Shown: piece after piece, positions 27,810-36,931 of the stretch | Numbering within the stretch: position 1 is the stretch's first letter | Layout of the letters: the number at the start of each line of letters is the position of its first letter | Notes under the pieces: generated by a model | The model's database searches: none | The model's input: only the letters and a program-made list of their open reading frames with translations | Told to the model about the DNA's origin: nothing | Translations under genes and position numbers: made by a program | Source of the DNA: an uncultured Chloroflexia bacterium | Lineage (GTDB): Bacteria > Chloroflexota > Anaerolineae > Anaerolineales > UBA4823 | Direction: 5' to 3' | Length of the DNA: 64,000 bases | Assembly (NCBI GenBank): GCA_963809615.1 | Contig: CAWEKR010000011.1 | Coordinates: 50,951-114,950 of the forward strand

Positions 27810-28315
27810 TTAAAATTGGAGAGCTGGCGCCTCGTTTCCGTCTCTATGATTTGAATGGGGAAGCACACACCCTGGAGGACTTCCTGGGCTGGATCGTGGT
27901 GTTGAATTATTGGTCCGCGGAATGTGACTGGTGTAAACGTGTGGATATTGAATTGGTTAACCTTGTGGGTCCTTGGAAGGACCGGGTGAAGGTTTTTTGG
28001 ATCGCATCGAACGAGAATGAAAGCCGAGAATTGATTGAGAAAACAGCTACCGAAAGAAAACTACCCGATGTGCTGCTCGATTCTGATCACCAGGTGGCAG
28101 ACCTGTATGGCGCACAGACGACCCCACATTTTTTCGTCTTGGATGTGGGAGGTACACTTCGTTATCAAGGGGCATGGGATGACATCACTTTTAGAAACCG
28201 GACAGCAACACAGGTTTACATGCCCGTGGTCATCAATGCCCTAATATGCGGTCAGGCACCTGCAGTGACATCCACACCGGCGTACGGATGTACGCTGGTC
28301 AGATTTGCGGGTTAA
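27797..28315 (+). CDS. Thioredoxin-fold redoxin (AhpC/TSA / TlpA-like)
   Basis: APRFRLYDLNGEAHTLEDFLGWIVVLNYWSAECDWCKR has a CxxC motif in the canonical redoxin context. ATG 27797 overlaps the upstream gene by 13 nt. Confidence 0.75.
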   Translation: MDTIIKIGELAPRFRLYDLNGEAHTLEDFLGWIVVLNYWSAECDWCKRVDIELVNLVGPWKDRVKVFWIASNENESRELIEKTATERKLPDVLLDSDHQVADLYGAQTTPHFFVLDVGGTLRYQGAWDDITFRNRTATQVYMPVVINALICGQAPAVTSTPAYGCTLVRFAG

Positions 28316-28317
28316 GT

Positions 28318-29253
28318 TTATAGTTTCGATTTCCCGCGGGCAACCAATTCCTGGGGTATGAGACTGTCATACATAAATCCATACACCGGTGTGGGGATGT
28401 TTAACTTTTTCCCCATACGCACAACTACCCCGATTTGGGCTTCCAATTCGGACGGGCGACCCGTGATGATATCCCGTTGCAGGGAAGAAATTTCACCCGG
28501 AGGGTATTTATCTATAGCAGCGAGGATAAGTTTAACACTGTCAGATGGAAGGGTAATACCCTGAGCCACTGCTATGGAGTAACACTCGTGCAATGCATCT
28601 TCGAGCATTTGACGGGTAGGTTCCTGGGAACGGAACCCGCCCACCGGAACCCGGGTGATTGCCCCGATGCCGCTGAAAGCTGAGACAAACAAGAATTTTC
28701 GCCACATTACCAGGCTAATATCAGCAGGGATTTCTGCTTCGACACCGGCGTGCTCAAACGCTCGCAGAAGGCTTTTAGCTCGGGCACTCGAGTGATTATC
28801 CAGCTCTCCGAATGAAACCCAGGGTTTTGCCCCGGTGTGTTGGATATGACCAGGTGCGGCGAGGTGGCTAAAAATGCCACATACTCCACCCAGTACATGC
28901 TCTCTACCGAGAATTTCGGCCAATTGTGAAGGAGCTTCGAGTCCGTTTTCCAACGGGACAATGAAAGTGTCGGATCCAAGCAGTGGGGTGATCGCCTTGG
29001 CAGCTGACGGGACTTGCCATGCCTTCACACACATGATCACAACATCGGCATCAACAATTTGGGCCGGATCATCCGTTGCGACTACTGGTCGGACGGTAAA
29101 ATCCCCCTTGAGGGATTCGACAACGAGACCGTGGGTAAGCATGGCATTCAAATGTTCCCCACGAGCGACGAAAGTGACCTTTTCACCAGCCAGTGCCAGG
29201 CGACCCCCAAAATAGCCTCCTACACCACCGGCACCAAAAACCACAATGTGCAT
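28318..29253 (-). CDS. panE: 2-dehydropantoate 2-reductase (ketopantoate reductase)
   Basis: MHIVVFGAGGVGGYFGGRLALAGEKVTFVARG Rossmann N-terminus and an ApbA/PanE-like C-terminal domain (SSLQRDIITGRPSELE). GGAGG SD upstream of ATG 29253. Confidence 0.8.
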   Translation of the reverse strand: MHIVVFGAGGVGGYFGGRLALAGEKVTFVARGEHLNAMLTHGLVVESLKGDFTVRPVVATDDPAQIVDADVVIMCVKAWQVPSAAKAITPLLGSDTFIVPLENGLEAPSQLAEILGREHVLGGVCGIFSHLAAPGHIQHTGAKPWVSFGELDNHSSARAKSLLRAFEHAGVEAEIPADISLVMWRKFLFVSAFSGIGAITRVPVGGFRSQEPTRQMLEDALHECYSIAVAQGITLPSDSVKLILAAIDKYPPGEISSLQRDIITGRPSELEAQIGVVVRMGKKLNIPTPVYGFMYDSLIPQELVARGKSKL

Positions 29254-29445
29254 TTTATCCTCCAGAGACCCGGCTTTCTGATTGTACATTATCATCATGA
29301 TAACAGGATGAATCGTGGGAATGTGCCACAACTGGTATAAAATCGGGTAGAATCATTTGGAACAATCCTTTAAGGAAAAACGTCTATTATCTTTGATGAT
29401 ATCGGATCAAGGAAACTTGGTTCCAGCTTTCGTGAGGAGAAGCAC

Positions 29446-30210
29446 ATGAGTGAAAAAGAATCACCCCAAAAGGTAATCGAGGCACACCGCAAGCGACAAC
29501 AAATGCGGCAGGGCACTCCGGTGGCCGTGATGATAGGGGCAGCAATTCTTCTGATTGCAGGAGCAGCAGCGCTGATCTTCTGGTTGTTGGGGGAAAATTC
29601 TCCACTAAAAGGGGCAACACCGACTCCTACAGTAACTTCGACACCAACAGCGACCAATACTGCCACCCCCTTACCCCCAACCAACACACCTACGATAACA
29701 CCGACGTCTCCGCCGACCGAAACTGCTACACCGACCATTACTCCCACACCATCAGGTCCATTTGAGTACACCGTACAGCAAGGAGATAAAGGGTTGGACG
29801 ATATAGCCACCCGATTCGGAACAGATATACCAACCTTGCTGGCGCTCAACCCATCGATTGATCCAGTGACATTGATCATTTATGTGGGGCAGAAGATCTT
29901 AGTACCACCACCCAACATGCAGCTGCCCACAGCGACAGCTGTATCGACCCTGGTACCACCGGGAACCATCATCCTCTACACTGTCTTGCCGGGAGATAAT
30001 GTAGGTATCATCGCGATACGGTTCAATAGTACGATCGCAGCAATTGTAAAGGAAAATAAGCTGGCAAATGCGAACGATATTAATGCCGGTGACATCCTGA
30101 AAATACCGGTAAATATCGCCACACCGGTTCCGTCTGCAACAGTGGGGACGGTCTATCCAACTGTGGTTTTTTCGACGAATACGCCCCTCCCGCCCACAAA
30201 GACACCTTAA
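29446..30210 (+). CDS. Membrane-anchored protein with two LysM domains
   Basis: TM helix VAVMIGAAILLIAGAAALIFWLL, then a PTPT linker. LysM 1 is YTVQQGDKGLDDIATRFGTDIPTLLALNP...GQKILVP. LysM 2 is YTVLPGDNVGIIAIRFNSTIAAIVKENKL...GDILKIP. Confidence 0.85.
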   Translation: MSEKESPQKVIEAHRKRQQMRQGTPVAVMIGAAILLIAGAAALIFWLLGENSPLKGATPTPTVTSTPTATNTATPLPPTNTPTITPTSPPTETATPTITPTPSGPFEYTVQQGDKGLDDIATRFGTDIPTLLALNPSIDPVTLIIYVGQKILVPPPNMQLPTATAVSTLVPPGTIILYTVLPGDNVGIIAIRFNSTIAAIVKENKLANANDINAGDILKIPVNIATPVPSATVGTVYPTVVFSTNTPLPPTKTP

Positions 30211-30232
30211 TCATCGCAACCTAGTCAGAGTT

Positions 30233-30265
30233 AAAAGCCACAGCGAATCTTTCGCTGTGGCTTTT
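30233..30265. terminator. Bidirectional Rho-independent terminator between convergent genes
   Basis: AAAAGCCACAGCGAA-TCT-TTCGCTGTGGCTTTT, a 15-bp stem with an A-run on the 5' side and a T-run on the 3' side. Confidence 0.8.
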
Positions 30266-30284
30266 ATATTATCTTTTATATTAT
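30261..30284. repeat. Tandem 12-mer (CTTTTATATTAT x2, plus partial third copy CTT)
   Basis: Read directly from the sequence: cttttatattat cttttatattat ctt. The first copy overlaps the terminator U-tract. Confidence 0.8.
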
Positions 30285-30364
30285 CTTGACAAGAAAGATA
30301 AAGTATATTTCAGACCACTAGCAATAAGCTATTTTATAAACGAGTCTTTTGAGACGATCCCCTG

Positions 30365-31588
30365 TTAGTAAGCGATCCATTCGATAATCGTCGCTTCACC
30401 CTGCCCGACACCCACACATAGGGCAGCCAGACCAAAGTATGGTCGATGTTCACCAGGTGCCCTGCGGCGCATTTCGTGAAGCAGGGTAGTGAAGATGCGG
30501 GCACCTGAACAGCCCAATGGGTGACCCAGGGCGACGGCTCCACCATTGACATTGGTGAGTTCGGGAGGCAGACCAAGCTCCTTGATCACTGCCAGAGATT
30601 GGACAGCGAAAGCTTCGTTGAGCTCGACCAGGCGGATAGCTGATAGGCTTATCCCTGCCCGTTCGAGCGCTTTGCGGACTGCACCGACTGGTCCAAGCCC
30701 CATGATACGGGGAGGCACACCTGCGGCAGCAGAAGAAACGAGGCGCGCCAACGGCTTGAGACCGAGCTCAGCTGCTCTTTCTGCGCTCATCAATAAAACC
30801 GCAGCAGCTCCGTCATTCAAGCCAGATGAATTCCCGGCTGTGACGGTGCCATCCTTGCGAAATGCAGGACGCAGGCGGGAAAGGGATTCGATGGTGGTAT
30901 CGCGGCGTGGACGTTCATCGGTAGAAACGACGATTGGATCACCTTTCTTTTGAGGTATGCTGACCGGTACGATTTCTTCAGCGAATTTACCTGAATCGAT
31001 GGCGGCGATAGCATGCTGGTGACTTGCCACAGCAAAGGCATCCTGCTGCTGGCGGGTTATATCCGGCATCATCTGAGCGATATTTTCAGCGGTTTCACCC
31101 ATCGAATCGGTACCATATAGCTCCTGCATCCTGGGATTTGGGTAGCGCCATCCCAGGGCAGTATCCCAGGCAGTCTGATTCCCGAATGAGAAGGGCTGCT
31201 CGGCTTTAGGGAGCGAGTATGGTGCCCGCGACATACTTTCTACACCCCCGGCAATGAAGACATCTCCTTCGCCAGCTCGAATAGCCCGGGCTGCCTGGTT
31301 GATGGCATTTAACCCGGAGGCACATAGGCGGTTGAAGGTGACGGCTGCAACTTCAACCGGAAAACCTGCCAGGAGAGCAGCCATCCGGGCGACGTTACGA
31401 TTATCTTCGCCTGCCTGGTTGGCACAACCTAGAAATACTTCCTCGATCAGGGCAGGATCTAGCTTATTGCGCGTGATGATGGCTTTTAATACATGTGCGG
31501 CAAGGTCATCAGGGCGGACGGTAGCAAGAGCACCACCCAATACACCTATGGGAGTTCGGATTGCATCAATGATCACAGGGGTAGGCAT
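30365..31588 (-). CDS. Acetyl-CoA C-acetyltransferase (thiolase II)
   Basis: [15 protein letters not shown], the active-site context [16 protein letters not shown], and [20 protein letters not shown] 31588 has an AGGAGAA SD. Confidence 0.9.
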   Translation of the reverse strand: MPTPVIIDAIRTPIGVLGGALATVRPDDLAAHVLKAIITRNKLDPALIEEVFLGCANQAGEDNRNVARMAALLAGFPVEVAAVTFNRLCASGLNAINQAARAIRAGEGDVFIAGGVESMSRAPYSLPKAEQPFSFGNQTAWDTALGWRYPNPRMQELYGTDSMGETAENIAQMMPDITRQQQDAFAVASHQHAIAAIDSGKFAEEIVPVSIPQKKGDPIVVSTDERPRRDTTIESLSRLRPAFRKDGTVTAGNSSGLNDGAAAVLLMSAERAAELGLKPLARLVSSAAAGVPPRIMGLGPVGAVRKALERAGISLSAIRLVELNEAFAVQSLAVIKELGLPPELTNVNGGAVALGHPLGCSGARIFTTLLHEMRRRAPGEHRPYFGLAALCVGVGQGEATIIEWIAY

Positions 31589-31783
31589 GAAGGTTCTCCT
31601 ATAACAGTATACTCTGGCAAGGAATGGATATGATGATTTTACCATTCGGAGGGATTATTTTTCTTGTGAAACGGAAATGGAAGGGTCTGATTGTGGACTT
31701 TTTTATTTTGAGGCTTGCATATTGCGAGGTTTTCCGGTATCCTTATGTATTATCGGGTGATTAGAATTGGTGAGGAGAGGACA

Positions 31784-32128
31784 ATGCAAGAGAGAAGAAA
31801 ATACCCACGAAAAGACCTGCTCTTGTTTGCCAATGTTTATGATTCAAAAAGCGGAAAGATCATCGGGACATTATTAAACATCACCCTTGAGGGCGCCATG
31901 GTATTGAGTGAAAACCGTATCGATGCGAACAACACCATGGAGCTGCACATAAAATTACCTGATAACTTCGTCCAGAAAAATGAGCTGATTTTTACCGCCA
32001 ACAGTAGATGGTGTGGACCTGACATCAACCCTGAGTTTTTTGATGTAGGGTACCAATTTGCGAATGTTACTGACGAGGATAGCCAGATCATCCAGGCAAT
32101 TATTGAGAAGTATGGTTTTAAAGAATAG
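31784..32128 (+). CDS. Stand-alone PilZ-domain protein (putative c-di-GMP receptor)
   Basis: The RRxxxR motif (ERRKYPR) is followed by N-I-T-L-E-G, a D/NxSxxG-like motif with S to T. The start is set at MQERRKYPRK (ATG 31784). Confidence 0.7.
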   Translation: MQERRKYPRKDLLLFANVYDSKSGKIIGTLLNITLEGAMVLSENRIDANNTMELHIKLPDNFVQKNELIFTANSRWCGPDINPEFFDVGYQFANVTDEDSQIIQAIIEKYGFKE

Positions 32129-32146
32129 GAATTAGGGGATTTACTG

Positions 32147-32174
32147 CCTGCGAGTATGTTGCTCGCAGGTTTTT
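32147..32174 (+). terminator. Rho-independent terminator after the PilZ gene
   Basis: CCTGCGAG-loop 7 nt-CTCGCAGG followed by TTTTT. Confidence 0.75.
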
Positions 32175-32201
32175 ATTTAAAGTAATTGCTATAAGAGGTG
32201 C

Positions 32202-32759
32202 TTAGGCAGCTTGCTGTTCCAGGCTCAAGAGCCAGGCTTTTAATTTAATCCCACCCGGACCACCATAACCATGCAGAGAACCATCCGAACCGAGAACTCG
32301 ATGGCAGGGTATCACCAGGGGAATGGGATTGGTGGCTTCGACACGGCCTACGGCACGTGCGGCATTCATATTGCCGACCTGGATAGCGATATCCTTGTAA
32401 GTTGAAGTACTGCCATAGGGAATCTCAGAGGTTAGGCTCAGCACCTGCTGTTGAAACCTGGTCCGTGTAGATAAATCCAGGGGTAGATTAAATTGGCGCC
32501 GGATACCGGCTAGGTATTCGCCCATCTGCCGGACCGGCTCGGAGGTGCGCGATTCATCATAGACTGCAGCAGCATGAAAACGCGCCTTAACCTGCTTTAT
32601 GAAATCAGTCTGCGACATGCTCCATTCGACTGTCACGAGCCCACAGTCGGTAACCGCCACCCACAACGGACCAATCGGGCTGGATCGGAGCAGACCTATA
32701 TAAACCGGCGAGGCTATCAGATGAGTAGATTTTGGATGATACGCAGCGGATGGTTTCAT
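32202..32759 (-). CDS. ogt: Methylated-DNA--protein-cysteine methyltransferase (O6-alkylguanine DNA alkyltransferase)
   Basis: The C-terminal domain has YKDIAIQVGNMNAARAVGRVEATNPIPLVIPCHRVLGSDGSLHGYGGG..K.WLL. The catalytic PCHR motif is present. Confidence 0.9.
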   Translation of the reverse strand: MKPSAAYHPKSTHLIASPVYIGLLRSSPIGPLWVAVTDCGLVTVEWSMSQTDFIKQVKARFHAAAVYDESRTSEPVRQMGEYLAGIRRQFNLPLDLSTRTRFQQQVLSLTSEIPYGSTSTYKDIAIQVGNMNAARAVGRVEATNPIPLVIPCHRVLGSDGSLHGYGGPGGIKLKAWLLSLEQQAA

Positions 32760-32780
32760 TTTTCTTGAAAGGGGGATATT

Positions 32781-33665
32781 TTAGTAATTCGTAACCATAT
32801 CGAGCAAGCCCCTCTCCCTTGCGATGTGCTCACAATAGCGAAAGAGATAATAAGCGATAACACCAAATACAATGGATAACGCAATCAGGATGCCGACAAT
32901 CTGCTGATTACTTAAGTTCTCAAAGGTGGGAAAAGCGGCGGCAACTTCACCAACCAATGCACGCCGAAGAATTTCCAGCCAATAGGTGACGGGATTAAGA
33001 TAACCTACCCAACGAATCCAGACCGGCAGGACTTCTAATGGAAAGATTGCCCCACTGAAAAGGAAAAGCGCGCCGGCGACCGCATCACCGATGAACCAGA
33101 CATGGTTTACGATCATCAAGCTGATCCCTGCGAGGATTAGCCCCATCATAGCGAGCATGACGATGCCAATGCCAAGGGATCCAATGAAGAGCGGCCAATT
33201 GATAGCTGCTGGGTTAATACTCACGTGCAAAAAGAGCACACCGAAGATGATGGTGATAAAGACCGAGATTGAGCCGACCAGGAACTTGGCGACACCCCGC
33301 CCGATGAGGTAGGCCGGGATATTAATAGGCGCAATATACATAAATTTTAGCGTCTTGTAGTGCTCGCGGTCATCGATCACTGCCCAGGATATCCCGGTCA
33401 TCACAGAACCCACGTAGATATAAAATGCATTTCCCAGGTAGATGTAGGTGAATATTGGCGAGGTGAAATCACCGCTGGTGATGACACTATACATGACGAC
33501 CAGGATGGCAGCCCCTGCCAGTGGCTTGATGATGGAATAAATCGCAAAAAGGAAGGGGTCAGTCCAGTTGGATTCTATCTGCCAGCCCAACCAGGCAGCG
33601 ACGCGAAAAGAGCGCGTATAGGTGGGCAAGCGAGTTGTTGGTGTGGGGAGTTCGGTTGATTGCAT
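32781..33665 (-). CDS. ABC-2 type transporter permease
   Basis: 294 aa with 6 predicted TM segments. It lies directly downstream of a second permease and a DrrA-like ATPase on the same strand. Confidence 0.7.
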   Translation of the reverse strand: MQSTELPTPTTRLPTYTRSFRVAAWLGWQIESNWTDPFLFAIYSIIKPLAGAAILVVMYSVITSGDFTSPIFTYIYLGNAFYIYVGSVMTGISWAVIDDREHYKTLKFMYIAPINIPAYLIGRGVAKFLVGSISVFITIIFGVLFLHVSINPAAINWPLFIGSLGIGIVMLAMMGLILAGISLMIVNHVWFIGDAVAGALFLFSGAIFPLEVLPVWIRWVGYLNPVTYWLEILRRALVGEVAAAFPTFENLSNQQIVGILIALSIVFGVIAYYLFRYCEHIARERGLLDMVTNY

Positions 33666-33683
33666 AGCAAGCCTCGAGGCCTA

Positions 33684-34583
33684 TTAGCGGCGGTTTTCAG
33701 TAAGACGCCCTTCACGGATAGCCAGCTTTTCCATGTGGGCGAGCATTAACCTGGCGGCGAAGAGAAATACGACACTCAATACCAATAAGATGATGATCTC
33801 AACGCGCACAGATAAAAAGCCCAAGGAAGGACCGGTGGGGAATACGAGCTGGCGCATGGCATCCATACCCAAGGTGAGGGGGATAAATGAAGCGGCAGCA
33901 GAAATCCAGAAACCAAAGTTGCGAATGGGGAAATAAAAGCCGGAGAACAAGTATACCGGCTCCTGGGCAAGGTTGGAGATATGCCAGGCTTCCCGGCTGA
34001 GCAGGAGGTAAAGTGAAGCTGCCATCATCCCGAGACCATACAGGGCGATCATGGTGAGGAAAAAGACGGCAAAAAGCTGGGCGAAGCTGGACACAGCATA
34101 ATTGACTTTGAATAGCAGGCTGCCGATGACGATAATCACCACGGCACGCAGTGTGGTGGCTAACAAACCACCCAACGCCATTCCCAACAAGATCGCCATC
34201 ATTGAAGATGGGCTGATGATATACAGCGCGAGGTTGCCCTGTTCCTTCTCCCAATACAGCTGACTGGACATGCTCCAAAGCACATTCATCCAAAAAGCGA
34301 TCATCGCCCCACCGACGACGACGAAACCGATGTAGTCCTCAGGCGCATTGATCGCACGGTATACAAACACATAAGCGAATACAGAAAGAAGCGGCATCAG
34401 GATGTCGAAAAAAAGCCAGGATTTTTCACGCTGCTGACCAATGAGGCGAGGGTAGGCTCGGGCGAACACACATTGAAGGTACAGCCTCCAGCCGGTGTTC
34501 TTATGCAAGCGTTCCTCAGTAGACGGCTTCAATCCGTCCTGCTGAGCAAGAATGATGGGAGCGGTGGAAGGATTATCACTCAT
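33684..34583 (-). CDS. ABC-2 type transporter permease
   Basis: Polytopic membrane protein. The start is set at MSDNPSTAP (ATG 34583), which overlaps the ATPase stop by 8 nt (ATGAGTGA). Confidence 0.7.
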   Translation of the reverse strand: MSDNPSTAPIILAQQDGLKPSTEERLHKNTGWRLYLQCVFARAYPRLIGQQREKSWLFFDILMPLLSVFAYVFVYRAINAPEDYIGFVVVGGAMIAFWMNVLWSMSSQLYWEKEQGNLALYIISPSSMMAILLGMALGGLLATTLRAVVIIVIGSLLFKVNYAVSSFAQLFAVFFLTMIALYGLGMMAASLYLLLSREAWHISNLAQEPVYLFSGFYFPIRNFGFWISAAASFIPLTLGMDAMRQLVFPTGPSLGFLSVRVEIIILLVLSVVFLFAARLMLAHMEKLAIREGRLTENRR

Positions 34584-35592
34584 CCTCCACCTCCTTCTGC
34601 TCAACCTCTTCCATACTCTGCCCGACGAGCTTGACGAACACATCCTCCAGTGAGGGTTCGTTCTTTTTTAAGTTTAACAGGCGGATATTGGCAGAGTTTA
34701 AGGTGTTAATCACCCCCGCCAAGGCCTGCTCTTCTTCAAGGATCAAGTCGAGGGCCTCGAACCCTTCCTGAGGACGGTGAACGACGTTGCAAACGCCGGG
34801 AATCGTTTCGAACTGCGACGCATTCAAGCTGCCATTAAAAGGACTGACTTCCAGGTGAAAAATTGCTTCCTGCTGCAGGTGGCGTTTGAGGTTGGCGGGA
34901 GTATCGCATGCCAATACTCGCCCCAGGTTAATGATGGCGACCCGGTCACACAGCTCATCGGCCTCTACCATGTAGTGAGTGGTGAGCATCAATGTGCGTG
35001 TGGGATTTTTATCCACCCAGGAGCGGATGAACGCACGCACTTCACGTGAGGCACCTACATCCAGACCGAGGGTGGGCTCATCCAGGAAGAGCACATCCGG
35101 ATCAGTCATAAATCCTCGGACAATGTTCATCTTCTGACGCAAACCGGTGGATAAATCGGAAGACTTGGCATTGATGCGGTCTGACAGACCAACCACTTCA
35201 AGCAGGTATTTGATGTTACGGTTGGCAACATCTGAGGAAAGCCCGTAGAACTGGGAGAACATCCATAGGTTCTCACGCACGGTAAGCAAGCCATAGCCGG
35301 AGGTCTCACCACCAGATACCATGTTGATGCGCGGGCGCACTTTATCAGGGTCTGCAGCGACATCGAAACCAGACACCCAGGCATGACCGGTTGTGGGAGC
35401 GAGCAAGGTGGTGAGGATCTTGATCAAAGTGGTCTTGCCGGCGCCATTCGGACCGAGCAAGCCGAACAGCTCACCAGGATGGATTTCGAGATTAACATCG
35501 GTGAGTGCTACCAGCGAACGGGGCTCTGATTTTTTTCCGCCGCGGATCTTGTAAGTACGTCCCAGGTTTTCAGTGTGAATTGCAAAATCCAT
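34576..35592 (-). CDS. ABC transporter ATP-binding protein (DrrA/ABC-2 exporter type)
   Basis: Walker [10 protein letters not shown], signature LSTGLRQKM, Walker B VLFLDEPTLGLD and H-loop TTHYM. An extra C-terminal domain is present. Confidence 0.9.
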   Translation of the reverse strand: MDFAIHTENLGRTYKIRGGKKSEPRSLVALTDVNLEIHPGELFGLLGPNGAGKTTLIKILTTLLAPTTGHAWVSGFDVAADPDKVRPRINMVSGGETSGYGLLTVRENLWMFSQFYGLSSDVANRNIKYLLEVVGLSDRINAKSSDLSTGLRQKMNIVRGFMTDPDVLFLDEPTLGLDVGASREVRAFIRSWVDKNPTRTLMLTTHYMVEADELCDRVAIINLGRVLACDTPANLKRHLQQEAIFHLEVSPFNGSLNASQFETIPGVCNVVHRPQEGFEALDLILEEEQALAGVINTLNSANIRLLNLKKNEPSLEDVFVKLVGQSMEEVEQKEVEDE

Positions 35593-35623
35593 AGAATCTT
35601 TCTACCCATTTCTCAATATTGTT

Positions 35624-35652
35624 GGTAATTCGTAGGGTAATCGTAGGTTACC
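35624..35652. promoter_or_regulatory. Direct-repeat element (GGTAATTCGTAGG / GGTAATCGTAGG) next to a TTGACG -35-like hexamer upstream of the ABC-2 operon
   Basis: The plus strand reads ggtaattcgtagg gtaatcgtagg ttacc. On the minus strand TTGACG (35658-35653) immediately precedes it. This is a possible operator overlapping the promoter, but the -10 is weak (TACGAA/CTACGA). Confidence 0.3.
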
Positions 35653-35726
35653 CGTCAAGTACGAATTCTTGGTATCTGCTATGATGTTAGCTGTAGGGCG
35701 ATTTCTCTTCTTCTCCTCCTTTTAAA

Positions 35727-35755
35727 GAGAGCCGGTAGTGGCGTACCCGGCTCTC
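35727..35755 (-). terminator. Stem-loop downstream of the tandem-GNAT gene
   Basis: GAGAGCCGG-loop 11 nt-CCGGCTCTC. On the minus strand it is followed by TTTAAAAGG, a short U-tract. Confidence 0.4.
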
Positions 35756-35775
35756 GTTTGTTGTGGAGACACCGG

Positions 35776-36744
35776 TTAACCAGCCTGAACATCCATAGCT
35801 AAATCGATCTGATAACACACCAGCTGGCGTATCTCTTCAAACCCCAGCTCGCGGTACATTTTTAATACCTCCAGCTTATCTCCCCACGATTCCAGCTCCA
35901 CTATGGTCTGTCTCTGTTGATGAAGCCATCGGATGCCGGTCAGCACAAGGGCGCGGTATAGGTCTAAGCGGCGATGCTGGGGGACAACCCCTGGGGCGTC
36001 AATATAGCCGGTGGGAGTCCCGTTTTTCATGGTCCGCCCAGGTGAAGGTTCCGCCCGGCAGATCCCGACTCCCCTGCCTTTTTCGGAAAAAACCAGGAAA
36101 AGACCCTGTTGATCAAAGCCCGGCAACCGGGTGGATAGCTCTGCTTCACCAACCTGGTGGTGACCCCATAGAGGGATATAGCCCAGGCTCATTATCTGAC
36201 TCAGGATGGATACATTCTGGACCTCCGAATATGGCCGCATGGTATATCCAAAGGGCCAAATAACAGGGGGCAGACGGACATCCTGGGTGAGGCGCAGCTC
36301 TGTGTAAGCTCCCTGAGCAATGAAACCTCGTTTTTGTAGGAACCCAGGTGCATCAGGTTGGCTGGCGCTGGTATAGATTTGCATGGCGGTGGAATCAAGC
36401 TGGTGCGCCCGATCCATTACACTGGATAGCATGGTACTGCCAAGTCCATGGTGACGCCAATCGGGATGAATTACGATATTCGCCTCAGCCATTGTTGCTC
36501 CTGGGATGGCTTTCAGTAACGCTACACCAATCATAGTGGAAGGATTGTCTGGGTCATCCACAACCCAACGGTCCTTGAGCGGGTCGTGCCCAGGTAAACG
36601 CAATTCGTCCAGCAAATCCATCTCACTGAGCGCAGTCCCAGCATGGTCAACGGCTTCTACGACTGAGTAAAGCGATAAAAGTCGGGGGATATCCTGGTCT
36701 GGAAAGAATGAACGGATAAGCAACTGGTTCTGGTTCATGGTCAT
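35776..36744 (-). CDS. GNAT family N-acetyltransferase with two tandem GNAT domains (MshD-like architecture)
   Basis: 322 aa. The first domain has IVIHPDWRHHGLGSTMLSSV (acetyl-CoA P-loop-like R-x-x-G-x-G). The second domain has VVPQHRRLDLYRALVLTG. Confidence 0.7.
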   Translation of the reverse strand: MTMNQNQLLIRSFFPDQDIPRLLSLYSVVEAVDHAGTALSEMDLLDELRLPGHDPLKDRWVVDDPDNPSTMIGVALLKAIPGATMAEANIVIHPDWRHHGLGSTMLSSVMDRAHQLDSTAMQIYTSASQPDAPGFLQKRGFIAQGAYTELRLTQDVRLPPVIWPFGYTMRPYSEVQNVSILSQIMSLGYIPLWGHHQVGEAELSTRLPGFDQQGLFLVFSEKGRGVGICRAEPSPGRTMKNGTPTGYIDAPGVVPQHRRLDLYRALVLTGIRWLHQQRQTIVELESWGDKLEVLKMYRELGFEEIRQLVCYQIDLAMDVQAG

Positions 36745-36931
36745 GATAAAGCGAGCTTGCCTTATTAATAATAAAAATTCTGAACCTTGTGTTCCACACT
36801 ATATGCGAGGTGGTCAGTGACACGCTGCAGGAAAGCTAATAATTTTCCCTTGCTGATAAAGGCTAATTATTGTACCACCTTCCACAATCAGGCGATTTTA
36901 TCTACCCCATCACAAAAATTGGAAGGGAGGA

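Noticed and set aside
29370-29879. 169-aa minus-strand ORF
   Set aside because: It lies antisense to the LysM protein gene across its Pro/Thr linker. Gly/Val-rich shadow ORFs are typical of PT-coding DNA.
30285-30310. TTGACA ... TATATT promoter-like pair
   Set aside because: The spacer is only 12 nt and there is no downstream plus-strand gene, since the region is the 3' flank of the thiolase gene.
33799-34293. 164-aa minus-strand ORF in an alternate frame of the permease gene
   Set aside because: It overlaps the ABC-2 permease frame, which shows a regular TM pattern and is coupled to the ATPase gene.
36778-36795. GAAC-CTTGT-GTTC palindrome upstream of the tandem-GNAT gene
   Set aside because: The spacing is N5, not the N4 of LexA/Cheo boxes, and it is not embedded in a recognisable promoter. 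I do not call it an SOS box.
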